A stretch of 64,000 nucleotides of DNA from an archaeon (lineage in GTDB: Archaea; Micrarchaeota; Micrarchaeia; Norongarragalinales; UBA97), in NCBI GenBank assembly GCA_020057405.1, contig JAGVFW010000004.1:64001-128000 (forward strand), written 5' to 3'. Positions 46,176 through 54,900 of the stretch are shown piece by piece; position 1 is the first letter of the stretch, and each line of letters starts with the position of its first letter. The notes under the pieces are model-generated. The model did not search any database and was not told the origin of the DNA. It was given only the letters and a program-made list of their open reading frames with translations. Position numbers and translations under genes: made by a program.

Positions 46176-47162
46176 TCAAGAACAACGACTCTCGCACTCG
46201 CTAAACGTGCCGGGTCCGGCCTCGGGCGAGAAGTAAATGCAATAGGGCGGGAGTTTCGTCTGCGGGTTCTTGCAAATAGTTACGAAGGCATCGAAACTGC
46301 CGCACGATTGGATAGCGCCATAACCTCCGAAATCCAATAGGCGGAATTGTTTTGTCTCATCTGTGCAGGAAGTTTCTTGCAAGATTTTCTGGTCCACGAC
46401 GAAAATAATGTCGCCCGGGCTCACATTTGCTTCTGATAAGTAAGCACTGCGAGTCATGCCCCAGGTTTGCATCAGCTCACCTCGGCGGAAACTTAAGTTC
46501 ATTACGGCATTGGGTTTAGCGGTCCGCAAGTAGTCGCTCAAGGCGAGCTCCAGCTGACCCCAAGAATTTATCTGACCCCCGTCAGAAGGCGCGGCAGTAT
46601 TTGTGGTTGAAGTTGATTCGTCTGGCTTGCAGCCAGTTACCTTTGGACCCGTGTCTTTCGAGTCGATGCAAACTTTGTAGGCAGGCGGCTGTGATGAAGT
46701 GTCGCCGCAAACTACGAAAACTATTTGCGCTTCAGGCGACGAGAGCGCGGCAGAAACTAACTTAGCTCCATTCGTTCCGCCAACTGTCGAACCGCTGCCA
46801 ACCACCCCGGCAGCACCAGATTCGAACTTGAATTCGTCAGTGTCCCGGATGCTGACGATATCGCCGCGGATTTGTTTTGCGAAAATTGTGGTGCCGCGCT
46901 TGATGATTGCCTTTGTGGGCGGCGAGCAGCCGTAGCCCTGGGTGACCACGTCTTTGAGCTTGTCGTGCATGAGCTTGTCGGGTTCAAGCGAGTAGGTATG
47001 CACGGGAGAAGGAAAGAAGCCAATGAGAAGCAATACTACGATAACCGCGATAATTCCTGCAGCGAAGCTAAGCAACCCGCCCAGCATAGACCCGCCGGGG
47101 CTGCCGCCCTCGTTTTGGGACGCTCTCGCCTCGTTGGATTTGACTTTAGGCAACGAACCCAC
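46176..47162 (-). CDS. Membrane-anchored Cys-rich hypothetical surface protein
   Basis: Single N-proximal TM, extracellular Cys pairs, Ser/Thr linker; start uncertain (alternative ATG near 47087). Confidence 0.65.
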   Translation of the reverse strand: MGSLPKVKSNEARASQNEGGSPGGSMLGGLLSFAAGIIAVIVVLLLIGFFPSPVHTYSLEPDKLMHDKLKDVVTQGYGCSPPTKAIIKRGTTIFAKQIRGDIVSIRDTDEFKFESGAAGVVGSGSTVGGTNGAKLVSAALSSPEAQIVFVVCGDTSSQPPAYKVCIDSKDTGPKVTGCKPDESTSTTNTAAPSDGGQINSWGQLELALSDYLRTAKPNAVMNLSFRRGELMQTWGMTRSAYLSEANVSPGDIIFVVDQKILQETSCTDETKQFRLLDFGGYGAIQSCGSFDAFVTICKNPQTKLPPYCIYFSPEAGPGTFSECESRCS

Positions 47163-47793
47163 CCCACTCCACTACGGTGAAGCCCTTGCGCTGCGGAGTC
47201 TCGGTTATCGGTGCTACCAGCTTCTCTTCTTCGGCTGTTGGCCGAAAGCCAATCAGAACCCGAATTACAGTGTCCGGCTTTGGAGAAACCGAAAGCCTGA
47301 GCTTAGAGTCAATTTCGCTCTGCGGAATTACGTAAACTGAATAATACGGCGAATACTGCAGCCGGGCAGTCCAGTACGCAAGAAATTCCTTGCGTTCGGC
47401 ATCGTTCAAGCCAAGCTGCTTGAGACGATAGTCCAGAACCGAAGGAAGCTGCCCGTAGGGAACCGACCAGCCGTAAGAAAGCGGAAACTTCCGGCCAAGG
47501 TAGGTAGTTTCGTAGAAAAGGTAAGGATACTGGCGCCCGCCTGCGACCAAAACCGAATCGGGATAAGCCGTAAACTTCCAAACTGCAGGGGACACCAATC
47601 CAACATCCGGTTCGGAAGCGATGAACAACTCGTCAGAAGAAACTGAAGCCGTGACTTGAGTTGGGAAAGTCGGGTAAAAATAGATGGCCGGCTTGGCTAT
47701 CATAAAGAATGAAAGGAAAAGGAAAATCGCTAGAATAATGCCCATGACAACGCCGACAACGAACAGTTTCTTGTCAAACCACGACGGCAGCAT
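47146..47793 (-). CDS. Conserved uncharacterised membrane-anchored protein (KPxIYxYP...VVEWGG family)
   Basis: KPAIYFYP, YPYLFYE, LGLN..E..EF..YW, PKPDTVIRV, RKGFTVVEWGG. Confidence 0.8.
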   Translation of the reverse strand: MLPSWFDKKLFVVGVVMGIILAIFLFLSFFMIAKPAIYFYPTFPTQVTASVSSDELFIASEPDVGLVSPAVWKFTAYPDSVLVAGGRQYPYLFYETTYLGRKFPLSYGWSVPYGQLPSVLDYRLKQLGLNDAERKEFLAYWTARLQYSPYYSVYVIPQSEIDSKLRLSVSPKPDTVIRVLIGFRPTAEEEKLVAPITETPQRKGFTVVEWGGFVA

Positions 47794-47841
47794 ACAAAAG
47801 CCATTGGTTCCGGCTTCTTAAGCATATTGAAAGCCGCGCGG

Positions 47842-48333
47842 TTACGCGCGGTAACTCGCCTTCTTGATGACGATGTCCTTTGCCGGCCAGTCTTCGAAGA
47901 AGCCGCGGGTTGCGGTTTTTGTTTCGCCGATTTTCTTGACAACGTCAAGGCCGCTCGTCACTTTGCCGAAGACGGCGTAGCCGTCGTTTGAGGCGGAGTG
48001 GTTGAGAAAGTCGTTGTTCTTGAGGTTGATGAAGAACTGGGAAGTCGCGCTGCCGGGGTCGTTCGTGCGCGCCATCGCAATGGTGCCCAAGTCGTTCTTC
48101 AGGCCATTGTCGGCCTCAAAGGCAATCGGTGGTTTGGTTGGCTTTTCGTTGCCTGCAGAATTAAAGCCGCCGCCCTGGACCATGAAGTTCTTTATCACAC
48201 GGTGGAAAATGAGCCCGTCGTAAAAGCCGCTTTTCACGTACTGCACGAAATTCTCTACTGACGCGGGTGCGACCCTGCGGTTAAGCTCGATTTCGATGTT
48301 TCCTTCGCTAGTCTCTAGTACTACAATTTCCAC
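47842..48333 (-). CDS. ppiA: Cyclophilin-type peptidyl-prolyl isomerase
   Basis: FYDGLIFHRVIKNFMVQGGG, GTIAMART, SATSQFFIN, YAVFGKV. Confidence 0.95.
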   Translation of the reverse strand: MEIVVLETSEGNIEIELNRRVAPASVENFVQYVKSGFYDGLIFHRVIKNFMVQGGGFNSAGNEKPTKPPIAFEADNGLKNDLGTIAMARTNDPGSATSQFFINLKNNDFLNHSASNDGYAVFGKVTSGLDVVKKIGETKTATRGFFEDWPAKDIVIKKASYRA

Positions 48334-48345
48334 TTAAAACCACCC

Positions 48346-48546
48346 TCAAGATTTGGCTGACTTTTCCTTATGCTTGTTGAATGCGAGCCTAAACCGCTCG
48401 AGACGTTCGAGGTAATGCCGCTCTTGCTCTGGAGTTCGTTCGAGCTGCGGGGTTTTTGCCAGAAACTCTTTGAACTTGCTTTTGTCCGCCGCTTCCTTCA
48501 CCGTCTTTTTGCGGTGCAGTTCTCGGATTTCCTCTTCCTCGTCCAT
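48346..48546 (-). CDS. Small charged hypothetical protein
   Basis: 66-aa ATG ORF co-oriented with the cyclophilin gene. Confidence 0.5.
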   Translation of the reverse strand: MDEEEEIRELHRKKTVKEAADKSKFKEFLAKTPQLERTPEQERHYLERLERFRLAFNKHKEKSAKS

Positions 48547-48625
48547 CGGTAGTCAATTCACTCAAACCACGAATTTAAACTCTTGCAAAACGCTTTTAAG
48601 TTCGCTGAAGCCTACTCAAGTCATA

Positions 48626-49558
48626 ATGAAGTTGTTTGCCGCCGTGGTGGGCGTCTTATTTGCACTCCAGCTTGCAGCAGCCTATCCCCAGCTAGTCGTC
48701 ACTGTTGACGCGCCAAGGTACGCTTCGGCACTTGAGCCGATGCTCTCGGTGCCTGAACTCAAGGGATTCATTGGCGACTCGGCAACAATTCTGGTGCGCG
48801 CCGGGAGCGACCGCGCGTTCTTCAAGATAGAGGGCGGGAAGGCAACTTACTTGGCAACCGCCAACGGCGACGCCGACTTCACCGCTTCGGGCTCGATGGA
48901 TGCCTGGCTCACGCTCCTTAACGCGGTTGACAAGACACTCACGTTCAAGCGCCTGCTCGCAGCGCGTGCCATTGTAATCAGCGCGCGCGACGGGGTAAAG
49001 CAGGCTGCGATAAACGCCGGAATGTCAAGTGGTGCTCTTTCAGTTGATGCCATCAAGGACGGCGACTCAATGCGCTATGACGGCGAAGGGCGCATCCGCA
49101 TGGAAAACAACAGACCAATACTGCAAGTCGGCAACGACAACTTCCTGCTCAACCGCTTTGGCGGGATTGTCGGCGGCCTCCCGAAAGGCTACGACCGCTT
49201 TTCACAGCCGCCCGCAAAGCTCGGCCTCTATTTTGAAAAGCCCCCTGGCGTGCTCGCGCAGTTTCCCGGACTCATCTACGACACGGTCTCCAATCACCCG
49301 TCGCCCAACATGATGGGACCGTGGAATGTCTTCAAGATTAACCCGGGGCTCATTGGCCCGGACCAGATACTCAAGCTAAACCCGGGATTAATCGGGCCGG
49401 CAGACATGGCGCTCCTCAACCCGAACCTGCGTGGCCCTGCGGAATTCGCGCACATGATGGGCATCGGCGCGCACAGCCGCTCGGCGCAGGCGCTGCAGGA
49501 CCGGGGAATGCTTGGCAACTTTGACTTGTCAAACCACAATCGATGGGGACAACGCTAA
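48626..49558 (+). CDS. Secreted protein with SCP2-like region and C-terminal 13-aa NPGLIGP repeats
   Basis: Signal peptide; ADFTASGSMDAW resembles SCP2; four 13-aa repeats at 49301-49456. Confidence 0.65.
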   Translation: MKLFAAVVGVLFALQLAAAYPQLVVTVDAPRYASALEPMLSVPELKGFIGDSATILVRAGSDRAFFKIEGGKATYLATANGDADFTASGSMDAWLTLLNAVDKTLTFKRLLAARAIVISARDGVKQAAINAGMSSGALSVDAIKDGDSMRYDGEGRIRMENNRPILQVGNDNFLLNRFGGIVGGLPKGYDRFSQPPAKLGLYFEKPPGVLAQFPGLIYDTVSNHPSPNMMGPWNVFKINPGLIGPDQILKLNPGLIGPADMALLNPNLRGPAEFAHMMGIGAHSRSAQALQDRGMLGNFDLSNHNRWGQR

Positions 49559-50005
49559 ATGAAGCTCGGCACAATAATCATCGTCCTCTTCGTCTTGGCA
49601 CTAATCGCGGCAGGCGCATTCATCTTCCTCGCCTCAACGGGGGGAAGCGGTGAACCGCAGCCTTACGCCGAGGAAGTGAGCCTGGAGCAGCGCAGCGCGA
49701 ATGCGGGCGTGATTTCGGCCCTTGCGGCCGGCGGAATCGACAGTGCGATGGCCGACGTTAGCGCAAACCAAGTCTACATTGCATACGACTTGCCCGCCGG
49801 GACTGACGCGGACATAATGCAGCAGTTTGCGCTCGGCGTTGCCGGCAGCGCTGCTGAGAACTCCAAAAACATCGTTGTGCTCCAATACCAGGACGAGAAG
49901 CCCAAGACTGCCTGGACGGTCTCTGCCGCGGACTTTGACGCGTTCATGCGCAAGCAGATTACTGCAGAACAGCTGGACGCCAGGATTGCGAAGCAAAACT
50001 TCTAA
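49559..50005 (+). CDS. Membrane-anchored hypothetical protein
   Basis: N-terminal TM; starts immediately after the 48626 gene stop. Confidence 0.7.
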   Translation: MKLGTIIIVLFVLALIAAGAFIFLASTGGSGEPQPYAEEVSLEQRSANAGVISALAAGGIDSAMADVSANQVYIAYDLPAGTDADIMQQFALGVAGSAAENSKNIVVLQYQDEKPKTAWTVSAADFDAFMRKQITAEQLDARIAKQNF

Positions 50006-50086
50006 GCGCGCGAAATCCGCGGGCCCTAATTCCATTCCACCTAACTTACCGTATTTAATCCAAAGGCCGCCCTTAGTGTTATTGTC

Positions 50087-51664
50087 ATGAAACCAGTTGA
50101 AACTTCGTTGCCCCAGGGGTCTGCAGAAACATCCTCGGCCCTAAAGTCAGTCGTTAAGGGCGCGGGACTCGTGCTCGTCGGCCTGGCAATCTCAAAGGCA
50201 ATGTCTTACTTCCTTCGCCTAGTCTTAGCCAGGCTGGGTCCCGAGCAGTACGGCCTCTTCACACTCGGCCTCACGGTTTTTGACTTTGCCACGTTTCTCA
50301 CTTCACTGAGCCTCCTTACTGCGGTGCTGCGTTACGCGCCCGAGTACCACGCGCTTGGCAACAACAAGCGGCTCTTAGGCGTTTTTTCCGACTCGGTCAA
50401 GCTCATAATCGCCGCAGGCATCGCCGGCTCTGCAATCCTCTACTTTTCTGCAGACGCGATTTCAACAATCGTCTTTCACCAGCCCGCTCTTGCGGGCATC
50501 CTGCGCATAATGTCGTTTGCAATAGTGTTCTACAACCTCAGCGGCGTAGTCACGTCGCTTGCTCGCGCGCTTAACCGCGTGGAGTATGAAGTCGCGCTAA
50601 AGATGGTTGTCGAAAACGCATTCAAGCTCGCCTTGGCCGCAACGGCGGTTGCCATGGGCCTTGGTCTCGCGGGCGTCACGGCTGGATTCTCAATAGCCAT
50701 TTTCCTCACCTGCCTCGTTTCATTCTACGCAGTTGAAAAGAAGGTCTACCCGTTTGTTGCAAAGGCAACTTCGGGCGCCCCCATCGAAAGCACGGCAAGG
50801 CAGCTTCTGACGTTCTCGCTTCCCCTCACCGCGGACGGCCTGGTGTGGATGGTGGCGGCGTCGGCTGACATCATAGTCATAGGCATTTTCCTGGGCGCAG
50901 CACAAGTGGGCATCTACGGCACGGCGCTCCCGACCGCAGCGTTCCTGACCGTGATACCGCTTGCGCTGCAGACTATGTTCAAGCCACTCACCGTCGGGCT
51001 GCTTGCCAAGAAGAAGACCGAGGACGTCAAGCGAGTTTACTACACGCTTAGCAAGTGGGTATTCGCGGCCAACCTCGCGGTTCTTTTGCCGGTCGTCGTT
51101 TTCGCCACCCAGATAATCGCTATTCTCTTCGGCCGCGACTACGGCCCGGCGGCCCTGCCACTCTCGATACTCTCGACTGGCTTTTTCTTAAGCCAGCTCT
51201 TGCGCATTGGCGAGGAAATCGTGGTCGCATACGACAGAACCGTGTTTTTGCTTGCAAACGCGGTCGTGGCAGTTGCGATTGCTGGGCTTGCCCAATTGTT
51301 GCTCGTCCCGCATTACGGGATTGCTGGAGCTGCAGTCGGCGCGGCGCTGACTTGGCTCGCCATGGGCTTCGGCATTTGGTATAAGGCAAGGAGGCTCACC
51401 GGGTTTTCGCCTTTTGCCGCATCCAAGTACCTGCACATCACTCTTTCGGGCGGGATTGCCGTCGGTGCGTCCTACTTGCTCGCCAAGTACTTCCTTGCCG
51501 CCGACGTCTTTGGCGCAATCGTGATACTCGTTTCATTCGTAGCGGTTTACGCAATTTGCCTGCGCGGCCTTAAAGTCGCCGACGAGTATGACATCGAGGT
51601 CGGCGAGGCCATCACGCGCAAGCTCGGCATTAAAATCAACGTCAGGAAAATCCTGACAGCGTGA
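50087..51664 (+). CDS. Wzx/RfbX-type oligosaccharide flippase (MOP superfamily)
   Basis: LARLGPEQYGLF, FSLPL, D...IG.FLG..QVGIY, LVPHYGIAGAA; many TM helices. Confidence 0.92.
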   Translation: MKPVETSLPQGSAETSSALKSVVKGAGLVLVGLAISKAMSYFLRLVLARLGPEQYGLFTLGLTVFDFATFLTSLSLLTAVLRYAPEYHALGNNKRLLGVFSDSVKLIIAAGIAGSAILYFSADAISTIVFHQPALAGILRIMSFAIVFYNLSGVVTSLARALNRVEYEVALKMVVENAFKLALAATAVAMGLGLAGVTAGFSIAIFLTCLVSFYAVEKKVYPFVAKATSGAPIESTARQLLTFSLPLTADGLVWMVAASADIIVIGIFLGAAQVGIYGTALPTAAFLTVIPLALQTMFKPLTVGLLAKKKTEDVKRVYYTLSKWVFAANLAVLLPVVVFATQIIAILFGRDYGPAALPLSILSTGFFLSQLLRIGEEIVVAYDRTVFLLANAVVAVAIAGLAQLLLVPHYGIAGAAVGAALTWLAMGFGIWYKARRLTGFSPFAASKYLHITLSGGIAVGASYLLAKYFLAADVFGAIVILVSFVAVYAICLRGLKVADEYDIEVGEAITRKLGIKINVRKILTA

Positions 51665-52770
51665 TGATAGTGGCTAACGCTATTCCGGAAAACCTGCGGC
51701 CTGACCGCGTCTCCCTAGTTGCAATCGACTTTCTTAACCGCTCAAGCAGCCTTTTTTTCAACTGCCTCCTTGACGGCCACCCCCAAATCATTCACGGCTT
51801 TGCGCAAAACTATCCTGCCGGGGCAAGCTCGCGGCAAGAAGCGGCCAGGGCCGCTTTTGAAAATCTTGCGTCTAGCATGATTTGGCATTACTCCCCCCGC
51901 GACTTTCCTTTCTCGTTTAGGGAGTTCGAACCGCTTTTCAACCAGTACGCCGACGAATTCGGCTTCTCGCAAAAAAGCGCGTTTGTCGCGGCGCACTACG
52001 CCTTGGCAAAACTGCTTGGAAAAGACTTAAAGAAAATCAAGTGGATTGCGTACCACCCGCACGGCCACTCAAATATCGGCAGTGTAATGCGCGCAAAGCG
52101 GGACTTTCCGAACCAAAAACTGATTCTCACGGTTCGCGACCCGCGCGCGGCCATTTGGGGAAACCTGCGGGCGGACAAAAAAGTGCCCCTCTACGAACTT
52201 TTGCCGCAGGCTCCGGCCTACTGGTGGGCTTACAAACGCATTTTTGCAAGGAACGAAATTAGGGTCGTGAGGCACGAGGACATTCACACTAATTATCCAC
52301 GCGAGCGGGTAGCCTTGACGGAATTTTTGCAGATTCACGACGAGGCTAGCCTTGACCAAGCCACGCTATTCGGCAAGCCCTGGGATGGGAGTGCGAAAAA
52401 CGCGGTCCTCTCGAACACTGGCCGCAAGTCAAGCAGGCCCGACCCGGCTTTTGTCACAGACGACTGGAAGCAGGGGCTCTCGCGTTTTGACTTGTTCTTG
52501 ATACAGGCGGCTCTTGCGGGTTTCATGCGCGAGTTTGGTTACTTGCCGTACAGCAAGCCCGACGGGAAGTGCAAGCAAGTCGAGCTTGACTATGGCGCGC
52601 TGTGGAATGAATTCACTGCAAAAACTGTTCCTGCCTCGCTTCGTCCCGCCCTTGGCGGCGTCGCCTCAACACCTTTTATAAGCGTGGTTCCAAAAACAAT
52701 TATTCACGCCATGATAGCGGCGCGGACGGCGCGCAATTACCTGGCGCTTTACTCCGCAGTCACAAGCTGA
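51661..52770 (+). CDS. Sulfotransferase-fold protein; candidate phosphoramidate transferase
   Basis: RSSSLFFNCLLDGHPQI (5'-PSB-like), VRDPRA (3'-phosphate binding), VRHED; function inferred from context. Confidence 0.7.
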   Translation: MMIVANAIPENLRPDRVSLVAIDFLNRSSSLFFNCLLDGHPQIIHGFAQNYPAGASSRQEAARAAFENLASSMIWHYSPRDFPFSFREFEPLFNQYADEFGFSQKSAFVAAHYALAKLLGKDLKKIKWIAYHPHGHSNIGSVMRAKRDFPNQKLILTVRDPRAAIWGNLRADKKVPLYELLPQAPAYWWAYKRIFARNEIRVVRHEDIHTNYPRERVALTEFLQIHDEASLDQATLFGKPWDGSAKNAVLSNTGRKSSRPDPAFVTDDWKQGLSRFDLFLIQAALAGFMREFGYLPYSKPDGKCKQVELDYGALWNEFTAKTVPASLRPALGGVASTPFISVVPKTIIHAMIAARTARNYLALYSAVTS

Positions 52771-52805
52771 TGGCGGCGTAGGGGAAACACGGAAGTTGGG
52801 ATTTA

Positions 52806-53588
52806 ATGAGCGAAAAACTTTACTCAAGCGAGTGGGACTACACGTCTCAGGCCAAGTTCTACGACAGGCGGCCCAACTACGCCCCAAAGGCGATTGAGCG
52901 CATTTGCAAGCACGTTGGCGCAAGCACTCACGGCAACTACGCTGTTGCAGACATCGGCGCCGGCACGGGTAACCTCACGCTCTTGCTTGCCAACAAAGCG
53001 GCTAAAGTAATTGCAATCGAGCCCAACGACGCCATGCGCGAGATAGGCAGGGGCAAGACAAAGGCGATGCCCAATGTCGAGTGGCGGGTGGGCAGCGGCG
53101 AGAAAACCGGATTGCCTTCAGGCGCGGTCGATTTGGCCGCTTTTGGCTCTTCGTTTAACACAACCGACAGGGACGCGTCACTGCGCGAGTCGCACCGCAT
53201 TCTCAAGCCGGAAGGCTTCTTCACCTGCATGTGGAACAACCGCGACCTGCAGGATGGGCCGCAAAAGCGCGTCGAGGAAATCATCCGCGAGTTCGTTCCA
53301 GACTACAGCCACGGCACGCGGCGCGAGCAGCAGGCCGACGTCATCATCGCAAGCCGCCTCTTCAACAACCTCTACTACCTGGAAGAACCACAGGCGGTCA
53401 AGATGAGTGTCGAGAATTTTGTCGACGGCTGGCGCTCGGTCAAGAACAAGTACTGGGACCCGGCGACCCCAGAGGGCAAGGAACTGCTTTCAAAGATTAT
53501 CGCCAGGATAGAGTCGGAGTTTGCGGACACCCCGGAACTGCAAATCACTTACGTCACCCGCGCGTGGACTGCAAAAAGAGAGGACTGA
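52806..53588 (+). CDS. SAM-dependent methyltransferase, Cj1419/Cj1420-like (MeOPN)
   Basis: WDYT..AKFY..RPNYAPK, ADIGAGTGNL, EPNDAMREIG, FGSSFN, CMWN.RDL, WRSVKN.YWD; matches my recollection of C. jejuni Cj1420. Confidence 0.85.
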   Translation: MSEKLYSSEWDYTSQAKFYDRRPNYAPKAIERICKHVGASTHGNYAVADIGAGTGNLTLLLANKAAKVIAIEPNDAMREIGRGKTKAMPNVEWRVGSGEKTGLPSGAVDLAAFGSSFNTTDRDASLRESHRILKPEGFFTCMWNNRDLQDGPQKRVEEIIREFVPDYSHGTRREQQADVIIASRLFNNLYYLEEPQAVKMSVENFVDGWRSVKNKYWDPATPEGKELLSKIIARIESEFADTPELQITYVTRAWTAKRED

Positions 53589-53596
53589 ACTTAGCC

Positions 53597-54388
53597 ATGG
53601 CCGGAGAGCGAAGCGAACTACAAGCGCTCGCCGGTGCCCTGCAAACGGCAGGCGATGCGATTCTAAAAGTGCGTTCGCGGGCATTCTCACTAAAGCGCGA
53701 CAAGAGTCCCGTCACGGCAGCCGACCTAGCCTCGTCAAAAATTCTTGAGCGCGAGCTGTCGAAGACGGGCATTCCGGTATGCTCGGAAGAGCGCCGCGTG
53801 AGGGCAGCCAAGGAAATGTGGTTCGTCGACCCGCTTGACGGCACGAAGAACTACATCGAAGGCAACCCCGGCTACTGCGTGATGGCAGGCCTTCTAAGGA
53901 ATGGGAAAATAGTCATTGCCGGAATTTACGTTCCAAGCACCCGCGAGCTTTACTACGCCGAGCTAGGCAAGGGCGCGTTCCTGCTTAAAGGCGGCAAGCG
54001 GACGCGCTTGAAGGCAAGCGGCAGGACGCGTCCGTCTCTTTTACGCGTAATCAAAAGCCGCCACCACCACACTGCAACCGACGAGGCCTTCATCAAGCGC
54101 GCTGGCCTGGGCCGCCAAATCGGGATTGGTAGCGCGGGCCTCAAGCTTTGCGCAATCGCGTCAGGCAAGGCGGAGCTTTACGTCAATTTCGACGGCCTTT
54201 GGGCCTGGGACATTGCCGGACCGCAGCTTGTGCTTGAGGAAGCGGGCGGCAGCGTCACCGACGCGACAGGCCACGCCCTGCGCTACCCGCCGGCTGGAAT
54301 GCGCTTTGCCGGAGGAATCATCGCGTTAAACAAGGCAAACGCCGAAATACTATCGCTTGCTAAAAAGCATTGGAAGGAAATTAAATGA
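53597..54388 (+). CDS. cysQ: 3'(2'),5'-bisphosphate nucleotidase CysQ family
   Basis: DKSPVTAADL, SEE, VDPLDGTKNY, GSAGLK, WDIAG. Confidence 0.9.
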   Translation: MAGERSELQALAGALQTAGDAILKVRSRAFSLKRDKSPVTAADLASSKILERELSKTGIPVCSEERRVRAAKEMWFVDPLDGTKNYIEGNPGYCVMAGLLRNGKIVIAGIYVPSTRELYYAELGKGAFLLKGGKRTRLKASGRTRPSLLRVIKSRHHHTATDEAFIKRAGLGRQIGIGSAGLKLCAIASGKAELYVNFDGLWAWDIAGPQLVLEEAGGSVTDATGHALRYPPAGMRFAGGIIALNKANAEILSLAKKHWKEIK

Positions 54389-54900
54389 AGGGACTCCTAG
54401 TCTGGATTACAGGGCTCGCTGGATCCGGCAAGACTACGCTTGCGGCTATGGTTGAAAGCGGCCTTCGGGCCAAGGGCGTGCGCACGGTGCACGTCGACGG
54501 CGACGCTGTCCGCGAGATTTTTGGAAACGAGCTCGGCTTCCACCGGGAAGACCGGCTGAAAAACGCCTGGCGCATCGCCCGGCTCTGCAGTTTCCTCACA
54601 AGCCAGGGGTTTGCAGTCGTCTGCTCGACAGTGTCCCTCTTCCACGAAATCCACGGCTACAACCGCAAAACAAATTCAGGCTACCTTGAAGTCCACCTGG
54701 CAGTCAGCGCGGCCGAGCTTACCCGAAGGAACAAGAAGGGATTGTACGGCAAGGGCGGAAAGCAGGTTGTCGGCAGGGACATTGAACCCGAGTTTCCAAA
54801 GAAGCCCGACATGATGTTGGCAAACGACAACAAAACCCAGCTTGGGCAAAACGCCGGGGCAATAATTTCGAAAGCCGCGAAAATGGCTGCGGGCAAGTGA
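54385..54900 (+). CDS. CysC-family kinase; likely cytidine diphosphoramidate kinase (Cj1415-like)
   Basis: WITGLAGSGKTT, VDGDAVRE, STVSLF, R.KKGLY, VVG.DI.PEFP; adjacent to Cj1418/17/16-like genes. Confidence 0.82.
   Translation: MKGLLVWITGLAGSGKTTLAAMVESGLRAKGVRTVHVDGDAVREIFGNELGFHREDRLKNAWRIARLCSFLTSQGFAVVCSTVSLFHEIHGYNRKTNSGYLEVHLAVSAAELTRRNKKGLYGKGGKQVVGRDIEPEFPKKPDMMLANDNKTQLGQNAGAIISKAAKMAAGK

Noticed and set aside
53597-54900. cysQ-cysC as a sulfate assimilation operon
   Set aside because: No ATP sulfurylase or PAPS reductase is in the window, and the overlap with Cj1418/17/16-like genes favours phosphoramidate chemistry.
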